DNA from: a virus
Direction: 5' to 3' (one strand)
IMG/VR virus record: IMGVR_UViG_3300025122_005335
Location: 16,051-80,050 of that record
Length of the DNA: 64,000 nt
The position numbers and the translations under genes are program-made. Below the pieces are notes generated by a model that saw only the letters and a list, made by a program, of their open reading frames with translations, was not told the origin of the DNA and did not search any database. Below, in pieces: positions 48,337 to 57,588 of the stretch; the stretch's first letter is position 1; the number at the start of each line of letters is the position of its first letter.

Positions 48337-49617
48337 ATGGGTTTCTTAAGATATCACCCGAGATTGGGTGATTTACAAGGTCCTGATTGTACCATTTTTA
48401 ATTACGATACGGTATATTTGCTTTGTGAAGAAGGACCTGTCGTATATGAACATAGCATTGGTGGTTATATAGCACCACAATTGGGTGGTAGGATTCGTGA
48501 TATAGATTGGTATTATTTTTTTAAAGAAATAGAAGAACTAAAACCAAAATTAATAGTCTTACCCGAGTGTTACGTAAATGGTAATTACCCCGATTTTAAA
48601 GCAAAAATAGAAAACGAATTAAGACAACTTGGATACGATGAAGATAAAATATGGGTATATATTCAAAAAGAACAAAATTTTTATCATGGAGAAATACATG
48701 TAGAACCGGAATGGCAATACACAGATGATGTTTATTACAGTAATATTATTTACCACACTATAGGGCATAATGTTCCTGCTACTGATCATGAAATATATAC
48801 AAAATTTCAAGGATATAAATTTTGCAAGCAAGGGTTTTTATGTGAATCGTTTCATAAACTATATGCATTAAGACATACAACCCCGGAACTTCAATTTGAA
48901 AAAAGATTACAAGCTAATATAAAACCTGGTGAATTAATTTTTTACGGTAATCAAAGTACTAGTAATAGACCTATTATTTTTGAAGCAATTGCTCATAGTA
49001 AAAAATTAAATGCAAAAAATATAGTCTATGGAAACGAAAATTTGACTGATTTGGTTTTAGCTAACCAAGGAATAGGTTTATCTTGCGATGGTTTGGTTTT
49101 TTCTACGATTAGAGATACTGAATTTGGTGTAAATGCTACACCGTCTATAAAAATAACTAGAGCATGTTCTGATTTATTGGATAAAAATAATATCCATATG
49201 TTTAGATCAAGATATTGGAAACAGGTTCCTAATACTCTAGTACCAAGTGAAGACACCAAAAATAAGTTTACAAAAATTTTAGAAGATGCATACGAAGAAT
49301 ATATGGATTGCGTTTTTAAGGACAGAAAAAAAGCGTTAAGACAAATCAAATATCAATTTATTATAACTTTATTACAAAAATTTTATAATATAGAGCTTTT
49401 TTTGTTTGATATTTTATTTGGTGATGGTTTAGAAGAATTTATCGATACAATGCCTTTGAATGTGGATTATTCGGTATTTAAAAAAGCTGCAAAACCACAA
49501 TATTTACAAAGTAATGAAAGAGAAAAAATGTGTTCAGGTTATATTGATCAGTTAATAAAATTGTTTGATAGGAAATTTAAAAGTAAATACGATCGATTTT
49601 ATAGAGATATAAATTGA
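48337..49617 (+). CDS. hypothetical protein, possible GT-B glycosyltransferase
   Basis: IFYGNQS...IGLSCDG....IRDTEFG resembles a GT-B C-terminal motif. Confidence 0.4.
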   Translation: MGFLRYHPRLGDLQGPDCTIFNYDTVYLLCEEGPVVYEHSIGGYIAPQLGGRIRDIDWYYFFKEIEELKPKLIVLPECYVNGNYPDFKAKIENELRQLGYDEDKIWVYIQKEQNFYHGEIHVEPEWQYTDDVYYSNIIYHTIGHNVPATDHEIYTKFQGYKFCKQGFLCESFHKLYALRHTTPELQFEKRLQANIKPGELIFYGNQSTSNRPIIFEAIAHSKKLNAKNIVYGNENLTDLVLANQGIGLSCDGLVFSTIRDTEFGVNATPSIKITRACSDLLDKNNIHMFRSRYWKQVPNTLVPSEDTKNKFTKILEDAYEEYMDCVFKDRKKALRQIKYQFIITLLQKFYNIELFLFDILFGDGLEEFIDTMPLNVDYSVFKKAAKPQYLQSNEREKMCSGYIDQLIKLFDRKFKSKYDRFYRDIN

Positions 49618-49629
49618 TAAATATTATTA

Positions 49630-50259
49630 GTGAGAACGTTTAAACGCTATTTTTTAAATGAAGAAGACAAACCTTTTATAAAAGATAAGATTGTTAATAG
49701 AACCGTTGCGCTCGTCCCGGGGAGCTTCAAACCACCCCATAAAGGTCACTTTGAAATGTTTAAACATTATGCAAGAAATGCTGATGAAGTATATGTTGTG
49801 ATCAGTGAACCTCAAAACCCAAAAAGTGTACGACGAACACCAGAAGGAAGATATATACCTGCAGAAATAGCACAGCAAATATTTCAAATATATGCGGAAA
49901 ATGAAGGTATTAGAAATATTCAATTTATAACCGACCCTGCACCCGTTAAGTTTGTATATGATTATTTTGCAGAAAGAACACAACCAGGGGATAAGATTAT
50001 TTTAGGTGTTGGTGGTAAAGGTGAAGACGCTGCTAGATACAAAAATGCAGCAAAATATGCACCTGAAGGGGTACAATTTGATATAGATGTTTTTCCAACC
50101 GTTGGGGGGGATGAACCACTTAGTGCATCAGATATACGAAACAAATTAGATAGTTTAACCCCTGAAGAGTTATTACCTTATATACCTGATTCTCTACGTA
50201 ATAATGAAACGGTCGTAAATACTGTTTATAATTTACTAACAACCCTTCCTACTGATTAG
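49630..50259 (+). CDS. HIGH-family cytidylyl/adenylyltransferase-like protein with capsid-targeting-like N-terminus
   Basis: PGSFKPPHKGH, ILGVG, LSASDIR; N-terminus MRTFKRYFLNE; TAAATA 49618-49623. Confidence 0.85.
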   Translation: MRTFKRYFLNEEDKPFIKDKIVNRTVALVPGSFKPPHKGHFEMFKHYARNADEVYVVISEPQNPKSVRRTPEGRYIPAEIAQQIFQIYAENEGIRNIQFITDPAPVKFVYDYFAERTQPGDKIILGVGGKGEDAARYKNAAKYAPEGVQFDIDVFPTVGGDEPLSASDIRNKLDSLTPEELLPYIPDSLRNNETVVNTVYNLLTTLPTD

Positions 50260-50986
50260 AAAGTTCTTCTTTAGTTTCAATTTCTGGGGTCGTAGGATCT
50301 GGTAGAACGTCCGGTCTTTCGACTATTTGTTCTACCTTTTTCGAAACTCCTGCCATTGACCGCTCAAAACGCTTAGCTAAAGATACCCATTCCAAGGCTT
50401 TACTTTCAACTTGACTATACTCTTTAAGTGAATTCAGGGTTCGTGCACCAGTTATCAAAGGTGTTAAAAATTGACTCTTAACAAGATACACTACAAATTT
50501 GAATATAGGCATAAAAAGCCAGCCACTATATTGTGCAACTTGTCCAGCGCGTCGACAAAAATCATCATCAATACGTTTGACATCGAAACCTGCTATATGT
50601 GATATTATCGTAGCTAAATCAATACTAGCAGCACTGTTAGGATTAAGCTGCGTGATAGCATTCCATGCTTGTTCCTCAGCGTCCCAATCTTCGTCGTCCG
50701 TCCCAATCGACCAGTCCATGCACATGAAATCTACAAGATCTTCTTTCCTTATATTGCTCGCTACACTACCAGCAACCGAAAGGATATTAACAAATTCATC
50801 TCTTATTTGATTGCACTGCTGGAGTTTTTCTTCATCTGATACTCTTTCACCTGTCGAAGTGTTATAGTCGTCTCTTAATACATTGTTTATTTTATTTGTG
50901 AATAAACCGATTAACCCTCCAGCGCGACCACCAATTGGTTGTTTATCATATGCTTCCCATATTAGTTGTGTGTCTTTATTTTTCAT
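50249..50986 (-). CDS. hypothetical late protein
   Basis: N-terminus MKNKDTQLIWEAY; second gene after late promoter 51330-51335. Confidence 0.6.
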   Translation of the reverse strand: MKNKDTQLIWEAYDKQPIGGRAGGLIGLFTNKINNVLRDDYNTSTGERVSDEEKLQQCNQIRDEFVNILSVAGSVASNIRKEDLVDFMCMDWSIGTDDEDWDAEEQAWNAITQLNPNSAASIDLATIISHIAGFDVKRIDDDFCRRAGQVAQYSGWLFMPIFKFVVYLVKSQFLTPLITGARTLNSLKEYSQVESKALEWVSLAKRFERSMAGVSKKVEQIVERPDVLPDPTTPEIETKEELSNQ

Positions 50987-50987
50987 A

Positions 50988-51323
50988 CTAATTAGAAAGT
51001 TCTTCTTTGTATTTTGCTTTTTGATTAGAACAAATTGCTAATGCTCTTTTTAAAACATTATTATAATTTTCTTCGTTTTCTTCATCATCACCATCACCTT
51101 TATGTTGGGTAATAAATTTTAAAAGAGATAGTTCGTCACTAGATAAATCGTAAGGTTTACCACCTATCTCAACGGTGTGTTTTTTTTCATCTTTTTCCGA
51201 AGGCTTTAGTACTGTTAAATTTGACTGTGGGTAATCTGCAAAGTCGGCAGCTTGTGGGCCCATATTAAATGCTAATGCACCAGATTCAAAAATCTTTTGC
51301 ATCTTGAAGTCATCTGGATTCAT
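50988..51323 (-). CDS. hypothetical late protein
   Basis: TAAATA 6 nt upstream; N-terminus ...MQKIFES; DEENEE linker. Confidence 0.6.
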   Translation of the reverse strand: MNPDDFKMQKIFESGALAFNMGPQAADFADYPQSNLTVLKPSEKDEKKHTVEIGGKPYDLSSDELSLLKFITQHKGDGDDEENEENYNNVLKRALAICSNQKAKYKEELSN

Positions 51324-51329
51324 TTCTAG

Positions 51330-51354
51330 TATTTAATAGAGATTGTTATAAATA
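51330..51354. promoter_or_regulatory. divergent late promoters (TAAATA on -, TATAAATA on +)
   Basis: tattta 51330-51335; tataaata 51347-51354. Confidence 0.75.
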
Positions 51355-51384
51355 ACTATAGTTAGAGAGAACAACGGATACACG

Positions 51385-51840
51385 GTGAAAACAACATTTA
51401 ACGATAAGATCGACAGCCTTATGAAAATTCATGAAGGTGATGGGTTATCTTGGCAGACTAACCCAAAAGCTCCTCATGATTATACTGGTTCAATGACAGG
51501 TGGTGATACTGATGCTGAAAATGCTGATCCTGATGCTGATGAAGAAGAAAAAGACAAAAAACCACAAAAGCAAAAAGATATAGAAAGTCTCAGAGCATTA
51601 AAAGCAGACCCTGATATTGAACATGCAGTAAAAAATTACGGTACGGTGAGAAAATATCAGAAAATGTTGGATAGAAAAATTAATAAATTACGAGGTAAAG
51701 ATCGTCGCGAAGAGGATGCAGAAAGTTGGGTTGATCCGGCTCATAAGGGTGATTGTACACCTATGTCAAAAGCGTCTTGTACCCCTCGTAGAAAAGCATT
51801 CGCGAGAAGAGCAAAAGCTGGGGATTTTAAGAAAAAGTAA
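51385..51840 (+). CDS. modular late protein with basic Cys/His-containing C-terminal peptide
   Basis: N-terminus MKTTFNDKIDSLMKIHE; EEDAE linker then WVDPAHKGDCTPMSKASCTPRRKAFARR. Confidence 0.6.
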   Translation: MKTTFNDKIDSLMKIHEGDGLSWQTNPKAPHDYTGSMTGGDTDAENADPDADEEEKDKKPQKQKDIESLRALKADPDIEHAVKNYGTVRKYQKMLDRKINKLRGKDRREEDAESWVDPAHKGDCTPMSKASCTPRRKAFARRAKAGDFKKK

Positions 51841-51842
51841 TA

Positions 51843-52052
51843 ATGAATTTTTTTAACGTTTGGCCTAAATCAGATAATTTCACTCACGAATTAGTTGTTG
51901 AATATAAAGACCTTGTACACTATGTGAGAAATCTTCCTGAGGGTACTGAAGAAATACAAACAGTTGACGACAAACTAAAAGATTTAGAGAAACAAATTAT
52001 ACAAAAATTTGGTCGCCAAGTAATTAAAGATGTTTGGATGTCTATCGAATAA
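51843..52052 (+). CDS. hypothetical small protein
   Basis: ORF 2 nt after the previous stop. Confidence 0.55.
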   Translation: MNFFNVWPKSDNFTHELVVEYKDLVHYVRNLPEGTEEIQTVDDKLKDLEKQIIQKFGRQVIKDVWMSIE

Positions 52053-52076
52053 AAAAGGGCTTACTTACGTAAACCC
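52051..52076 (-). terminator. intrinsic terminator for the outer-membrane protein gene
   Basis: gggtttac-gtaa-gtaagccc followed by T6 on the minus strand. Confidence 0.7.
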
Positions 52077-52099
52077 CTGACTCCCTAATTTTATTCTTA

Positions 52100-52783
52100 T
52101 TAGAAAGAATATCTAACGCCGACTCCAACTGACCAACCATCTTCGTCTCCGAATGGCGAATCGTCACTATTAAGATAATACGTGTTTACATATGGATCCC
52201 AATCTCCCCATTCGAGGTTAAGGGTACCACCGAACTTTTGATAATCGTAATTATCCATAGCACCGAACTCTACATACGGAGTAAGGCTTAACCAATCCCC
52301 GATAAGATCAAATGATTTACCGGTTATATCAACAGTAACACCTTGATAATCAAGGTCATTATTATCCCAAAGTGTCAGACCAACATCTGCCCATTTACCA
52401 ACAACGGGTAAACTTTCAAATGTTACTCCTACACCATACTCTGTACTATCGATTGCAGCATTGTGATGTTGTAGTTCTACAGAAGCTTCAAAAGAAAAAG
52501 CTCCGGCGTCGACACCGCGTCTAAGCCCTAAAACGGTATGGTTGACACTGTCACCCCCACCTAACCTAGGAACGTTGTGAACCCCACCAAAAGCATATGC
52601 CCAGTCTAAATTCAATCCCCCAACAACACCAATACCAAGTGCATCATCGGAATAATTTAAACCACGAACATGGTGTTCAGTAGCGTATTGTACTTCACCA
52701 ACAACGCTTAAGTCGCCAGCATTAGTGTTCTGCATGGTAATACCAGCAGCCATCATAATAGAAAAAAGTAATGTTTTCCTCAT
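52100..52783 (-). CDS. outer-membrane beta-barrel protein (putative porin, TorF-like)
   Basis: Sec signal peptide (MRKTLLFSIMMAAG...TNA), amphipathic beta strands, BAM signal VGVGVRYSF-COOH, YATEHHVRG near the N-terminus. Confidence 0.8.
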   Translation of the reverse strand: MRKTLLFSIMMAAGITMQNTNAGDLSVVGEVQYATEHHVRGLNYSDDALGIGVVGGLNLDWAYAFGGVHNVPRLGGGDSVNHTVLGLRRGVDAGAFSFEASVELQHHNAAIDSTEYGVGVTFESLPVVGKWADVGLTLWDNNDLDYQGVTVDITGKSFDLIGDWLSLTPYVEFGAMDNYDYQKFGGTLNLEWGDWDPYVNTYYLNSDDSPFGDEDGWSVGVGVRYSF

Positions 52784-52884
52784 ATATTGTCATTATTTAT
52801 TAGTTCCTTTAAAAGTTAAACTAGATATGTCTTCAGAACTATCAACTGTGATTGATAAATAATAAAAAACATATATATACTCTT

Positions 52885-53070
52885 ATGGATACACAAAAAC
52901 AAGAAATTTTAGATACGGTTGCTTCATATATTAAAAACGTTGATCTTTATGTAGAGAAGAACAATAAATCTGCTTCAACTAGAGCTCGTAAAGCATTAGC
53001 TGATCTTGTTAAATTGGCAAGGGATGAACGTAAAAGTATATTAGAGGCAAGAAAAAGTAATGTTAAGTAA
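52885..53070 (+). CDS. histone H1-like (Hc1-family) DNA-binding protein
   Basis: NNKSASTRARKALADLVKLARDERKSI; TAAATA 52856-52861. Confidence 0.75.
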   Translation: MDTQKQEILDTVASYIKNVDLYVEKNNKSASTRARKALADLVKLARDERKSILEARKSNVK

Positions 53071-53509
53071 TTTTTCTAATATATATAGACAGTATATTAT
53101 CAATGAAATTAATGTTGATGAAGATGATATAGTTGGTTTAGTAGAACGCATTTATATTGATGGTATAGGTGATGTAGATGCAAAAATAGATTCTGGTAAT
53201 GGTGCATATAATGTAATACACGGGGATGTATTACGTAAAAGGGGTGATAATATAATTGTAAAAACCGTTAACGGTGTAAAATTAAAAAAGAAAGTTGTTG
53301 ATAAAGTTGTCATTCATATAGGATCAGGGAATAAAGAAGTAAGACCTGTTGTAAATTTTGATATAAAATTAGGTGATGAAGAATATAAAGACATACCTTT
53401 TTCTATTGCAAATAGAAGTGAAAATGAATATGGTATTTTAGTTGGTAAACAATTTCTTTCAAAAATAGATAAACTTATAGATGTTGATAAAGAGTTTGAA
53501 CAAGACTAA
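53060..53509 (+). CDS. retropepsin-like aspartic protease (RimK-associated type) with capsid-targeting-like N-terminus
   Basis: AKIDSGN, RPVV, FSIANRSENEYGILVG; N-terminus ...FSNIYRQYIINE. Confidence 0.82.
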   Translation: MLSNFSNIYRQYIINEINVDEDDIVGLVERIYIDGIGDVDAKIDSGNGAYNVIHGDVLRKRGDNIIVKTVNGVKLKKKVVDKVVIHIGSGNKEVRPVVNFDIKLGDEEYKDIPFSIANRSENEYGILVGKQFLSKIDKLIDVDKEFEQD

Positions 53510-53517
53510 GTCTTGAT

Positions 53518-54261
53518 ATGTCCATTGAAAGTTCTGAAGTAGTCGGTGTTTTTCCAACACCGTTTATGTTTGTAACAGTAGATGAAGAAACAAGAAAAAA
53601 AGTTTTAAAAGAAGTTTTAAAAGAATTTAAAACAAATTGTGAAGATGCAGCAACTCACTTTAAAGCAGGTAAATATGTAGAGCAATTAGAAGGGTTAAAA
53701 TCTTTTTGTAAAGCAACCGGTACAAATACATATCAATCAAACCCCGACTTACAAAAAAGAGAAGAATTTTCATTTTTTAATGATATTATTTTTGATGCGT
53801 GTAGAATTTGGGAAGAACAAACTAATATTAACGTTGAAACTTTTGACATTAATCTAATGTGGTGTAACTTTTATAGATCACCGGGTGGTCAAAATAATGA
53901 ACATTTTCATCCTAATAGTTTTTTGAGTTGCGTTTTTATTCTAGAAGACCCTAGTATTGAACCTATAGACGGGGTTAGACATAAGCTGGGTTCTACCACC
54001 TTTTACTCACCAGTTAATCAAAATTTTGTTATATCACCCAGTATAGGGGAACGAGGATCTCCGTATTATAACCCAACTATGCTCCCTGATGTAAAAAAAG
54101 GTGACTTGCTTATGTTTCCTAGTTGGTTAAGGCATTCCGCGGACCCATATCATCTTGCCCCGGTTGTAGATCAAGATCAATTCAGAATTACCATATCTGC
54201 TAATATTATGATAAGGGGTGATGCTGGAAAGATAGAAACTTTAACGCACCATAATTATTAA
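53518..54261 (+). CDS. 2OG-Fe(II) oxygenase (TIGR02466-like)
   Basis: VFPTP, MWCNF, HFHPNSFLSCV, GDLLMFPSWLRH, RITISAN. Confidence 0.85.
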   Translation: MSIESSEVVGVFPTPFMFVTVDEETRKKVLKEVLKEFKTNCEDAATHFKAGKYVEQLEGLKSFCKATGTNTYQSNPDLQKREEFSFFNDIIFDACRIWEEQTNINVETFDINLMWCNFYRSPGGQNNEHFHPNSFLSCVFILEDPSIEPIDGVRHKLGSTTFYSPVNQNFVISPSIGERGSPYYNPTMLPDVKKGDLLMFPSWLRHSADPYHLAPVVDQDQFRITISANIMIRGDAGKIETLTHHNY

Positions 54262-54812
54262 TCCATAACAAACACTTCTACCAATTTATCTATTACTGCT
54301 TGGTCATTGGAAAGATCAATTTTTGTTTTTTCTTGTTGTTGTAGTTTTTCCATCTCTTTTAATCTTTCATTACTCAAATCTTCATAATCACCATATACAT
54401 TTTCTTCACCAATTACGTCGAAGGTAATATCTAAGTCGTGTGCACTTGATTCTAAAGCCGGTACATATTCACCGATATCATGAAATACTAAATTGAAAAG
54501 TTGTTTTGTTTCATAATTAGCCTTATTTTTACTCCTACCAACAAAATCTTCAATATCATCGATACTTACTTTTCCTTTTAATTGTCCAATTGGGTCCGTT
54601 AGTGACCCATAACACATTATAAAAAGATAGCGCTTAGTTATCATAGCGCAATCTTTAATTACAAAGTAAGCTGGTTTTTGCTTAATTACAATACCTGTTT
54701 CGGGTTCTTCAGCAGCTTTACGAGCTGGTCCCCATAAATTTTTCTCTCTGAGAGTACAAGCTTTTAAAACAGCTTTTTCAAATCCAAATGTATCTGTACT
54801 TTTATTTCCCAC
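54258..54812 (-). CDS. hypothetical late protein
   Basis: GTG start 5 nt after TAAATA (54818-54823). Confidence 0.6.
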   Translation of the reverse strand: MGNKSTDTFGFEKAVLKACTLREKNLWGPARKAAEEPETGIVIKQKPAYFVIKDCAMITKRYLFIMCYGSLTDPIGQLKGKVSIDDIEDFVGRSKNKANYETKQLFNLVFHDIGEYVPALESSAHDLDITFDVIGEENVYGDYEDLSNERLKEMEKLQQQEKTKIDLSNDQAVIDKLVEVFVMD

Positions 54813-54855
54813 GACTATATTTATTTGATAAAAAAGTAAATCAATAAATATTTAT

Positions 54856-55194
54856 GTGAAGACGTACCCTGTTGGTGCAACCGTTGAAATTGATAAACTC
54901 TTAAGTAACAAGTTGAGAGACATATATGGTGCATCGCTTAGATTACAGTTAGATGATTCATTCCCCGGCTCTTCTTTAAATGACCCTCTAGAAGCAACGT
55001 TATTACAGGAACCTAAACTACACCCTCAAGATAAAATATGGGTATATAAAGCGAATATTACAGGTACAAATATAGACATACCTTTACGTCAAGATGAATT
55101 TGATGTAGTAAGTTTAACTGAAAATTTATATACAGGTTACCACAAACAAATTAAATTACCTTCATTTAAAAGCTATGTTGAATTTTTTACATAG
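54856..55194 (+). CDS. hypothetical late protein with targeting-like motif at the C-terminus (LPSFKSYVE)
   Basis: GTG start 5 nt after TAAATA 54845-54850. Confidence 0.55.
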   Translation: MKTYPVGATVEIDKLLSNKLRDIYGASLRLQLDDSFPGSSLNDPLEATLLQEPKLHPQDKIWVYKANITGTNIDIPLRQDEFDVVSLTENLYTGYHKQIKLPSFKSYVEFFT

Positions 55195-55831
55195 TTTGTA
55201 CGAAGTGATAAAACTCAGCTCTTGTTTTTTCATCATCATAAAACGAGCCACTTAGTTTTGATGTTTTCATCATACAACCATCGTGTTTTACACCCCTTAA
55301 ACAAGCACATGTATGTGTTGCACTAATTACTACAGCAACACCAGCATTCTTTTCACATATATCATTAATTGCACTATGTATTTGAATTGTTAACCCTTCT
55401 TGAATTTGAGGTCTTCTTGCATAATACTCTACAATGCGATTAAGTTTACTTAAACCAATAACTCTACCTTCTAAACTAGGAATATAAGCAACGTGTGCTT
55501 GACCCGTAAAAGGTAAATGATGATGACTGCAAAGACTTTTAACAGGAATACCACCTTGAAAAACAATACCATCATATCCATCTGATGGAAATGAAGTTAT
55601 TCTTGGTGGTTGTGAATAACACCCAACGGCCATATCATTAACAAATGCTTTTGCAACTCTCATTGGTGTGTTGTCGCTATTCGCATCATTTCTCCAATCA
55701 AAACCTAAAGCATCCAAATAAGCTTCATATGCTTTTGATGCTTTATTAATAATAGTTTGTTTTTCTTCTTCGGTTCTAGGAGATGAACTATTAGCTTTTG
55801 GTAATAAAAATTCTTTTACTCTATCAGACAT
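55187..55831 (-). CDS. folE: GTP cyclohydrolase I
   Basis: TPMRVAK, SLCSHHHLPF, GLSKLNRIV, RRPQIQE, HTCACLRGV. Confidence 0.96.
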   Translation of the reverse strand: MSDRVKEFLLPKANSSSPRTEEEKQTIINKASKAYEAYLDALGFDWRNDANSDNTPMRVAKAFVNDMAVGCYSQPPRITSFPSDGYDGIVFQGGIPVKSLCSHHHLPFTGQAHVAYIPSLEGRVIGLSKLNRIVEYYARRPQIQEGLTIQIHSAINDICEKNAGVAVVISATHTCACLRGVKHDGCMMKTSKLSGSFYDDEKTRAEFYHFVQTM

Positions 55832-55839
55832 ATAATTTA

Positions 55840-55878
55840 ATTATATTCACTTTACTTTTAGATTCAAGGTTTTAAATA
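55840..55878. promoter_or_regulatory. back-to-back early (TTGAAT-N16-TATAAT, -) and late (TAAATA, +) promoters
   Basis: attata 55840-45, attcaa 55862-67, taaata 55873-78. Confidence 0.75.
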
Positions 55879-55883
55879 TCTAG

Positions 55884-56492
55884 ATGCCTTTTATTCATCC
55901 TCTTAAACTTCTATTTGTGCATATTCCTAAAAATGGAGGTACTTCAATTGAGAAAAAATTTGATATCAACGACAATTCTTTAGAATGTTGTTATAGATTA
56001 GAAGAGTTACCTTATTATTGTAAAGAAAAAGACGATACTTTGATTTTTTCACCCCAACATTTTACTCCGAGTTTAATTAAAGAATATTACGAAGGGTTTT
56101 TAAAGACATACAAAAAGTTTACCGTAGTAAGAGACCCCTATACTCGCGCCATTTCTGAATATTTGTTTAGAGAAAGAACCCTTACTGAATTTAATGATTC
56201 TCATTTTTTATCCTGGTGGAAAAACTTTATAAAATCCAAATCAGACCATAGTTTACAACAAAGTGAATATTTTAAGAATATAAACTATGATTTTATTCTT
56301 AGATTTGAAACGTTAATACAAGATTTTAACTCTATGTGTGAAAAGTTAGATATACCGCCTGGTTTGCCCCATATAAATAAGTCTCATATTAGTTCTTCTG
56401 AATGCATCTCTTTACTTTCGGAAGAATCCATTAAATTCATTAATGAATATTATAGAGAGGATTTTACAAATTTTGGCTATAAATTATTATAA
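55884..56492 (+). CDS. sulfotransferase family 2 protein
   Basis: FVHIPKNGGTSI (5'-PSB), VRDPYTRAISEY (3'-PB), RFETL, YYREDFTNFGY. Confidence 0.88.
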   Translation: MPFIHPLKLLFVHIPKNGGTSIEKKFDINDNSLECCYRLEELPYYCKEKDDTLIFSPQHFTPSLIKEYYEGFLKTYKKFTVVRDPYTRAISEYLFRERTLTEFNDSHFLSWWKNFIKSKSDHSLQQSEYFKNINYDFILRFETLIQDFNSMCEKLDIPPGLPHINKSHISSSECISLLSEESIKFINEYYREDFTNFGYKLL

Positions 56493-57577
56493 TGAAACCT
56501 ATTCTCGTTACTTGTGTATATGATGCTAGATCTGATTGGCTCGTAGGAGGTAAAGATAATGATGAAGAACTATATGAAGGTTCTTTAAGAAATTTATCAA
56601 ATTTTAAAATGCCTATGCATTTGTATTGCTGGCCTCATGAGGTGGAATTAATGACAAGCATTGTAAAACCGTATTTTGATGAATTTAAAATTATAGGTTT
56701 AGATTTATTTGAATGGCCTAGATCCTATGAAATGTTAGAAACAAAAAATAAATTTGTATGGCACAAACTTCAAGACGGTAAAGATGATGGTAAAATATAT
56801 ATGTATAGTCCTAGAAACGAGCTTTTATGTCATTGGAAACTTCAATGGTGTCTGGCAGCTAAGGAAAATGAATGGGGTTGTGATAGAGTTGTGTGGGTGG
56901 ATGCTGGTGTTACTGAATGGTGTAAAATCCCAGTATCATTAGGGGGTGCTGAATACCTTTATAGTCATAACGGTGCTTTAGCTAACCAATACCCTGATTC
57001 TCATTTTTACCCGGAAAACAAAAATAATATTTTTACTCCGAAATTCACAGAAGGGTTAAAACGAATTTGGAAAGATAAAAAATGGTTTAATCTTACTCAA
57101 GATGCGTGTAATGATAGGCTTCAAGAATTTGATTGGAATACACACGACCATTTTACTAGTACAACACTACAAAAAATAATGGGCTGGGAACAATTTGGTA
57201 CACACCTTTCAGAAGAAGATGGTGAGAAGAAACAATTTCATTTAAATTCTTCCAAAGTAAAAAATATACACAAAGAATTTGGTGCAGAATATCCGTTTTG
57301 GACAGTGGGTACTATATTTGGTGGTGAATTTGAAGAATTGGAAAATGTTATTTTACCCTTATACATGAAATTATTGGATGCATTTACCGATAATCATAGT
57401 ATACCACCTATAACCGAAGAACCTTATTATAGCGTTATAGCTGAAGAAAAGGGATATAATTTATTTTGGTTTGATACTTGGTCTCACGATAAAGAAGATG
57501 AGCCATGTTGTCACGTTGTGGGAGTAAAGCCTTTTTACACCACGGTACTTGATATTATTAATTATACAAATGATTAA
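56492..57577 (+). CDS. HtrL/WlaTC-like putative glycosyltransferase (paralog of 36857)
   Basis: LVTCVY, RNELLCHWKL, VWVDAG, SLGGAE, NNIFTP, GTIFGG, TEEP. Confidence 0.68.
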   Translation: MKPILVTCVYDARSDWLVGGKDNDEELYEGSLRNLSNFKMPMHLYCWPHEVELMTSIVKPYFDEFKIIGLDLFEWPRSYEMLETKNKFVWHKLQDGKDDGKIYMYSPRNELLCHWKLQWCLAAKENEWGCDRVVWVDAGVTEWCKIPVSLGGAEYLYSHNGALANQYPDSHFYPENKNNIFTPKFTEGLKRIWKDKKWFNLTQDACNDRLQEFDWNTHDHFTSTTLQKIMGWEQFGTHLSEEDGEKKQFHLNSSKVKNIHKEFGAEYPFWTVGTIFGGEFEELENVILPLYMKLLDAFTDNHSIPPITEEPYYSVIAEEKGYNLFWFDTWSHDKEDEPCCHVVGVKPFYTTVLDIINYTND

Positions 57578-57588
57578 ATATTAATATC

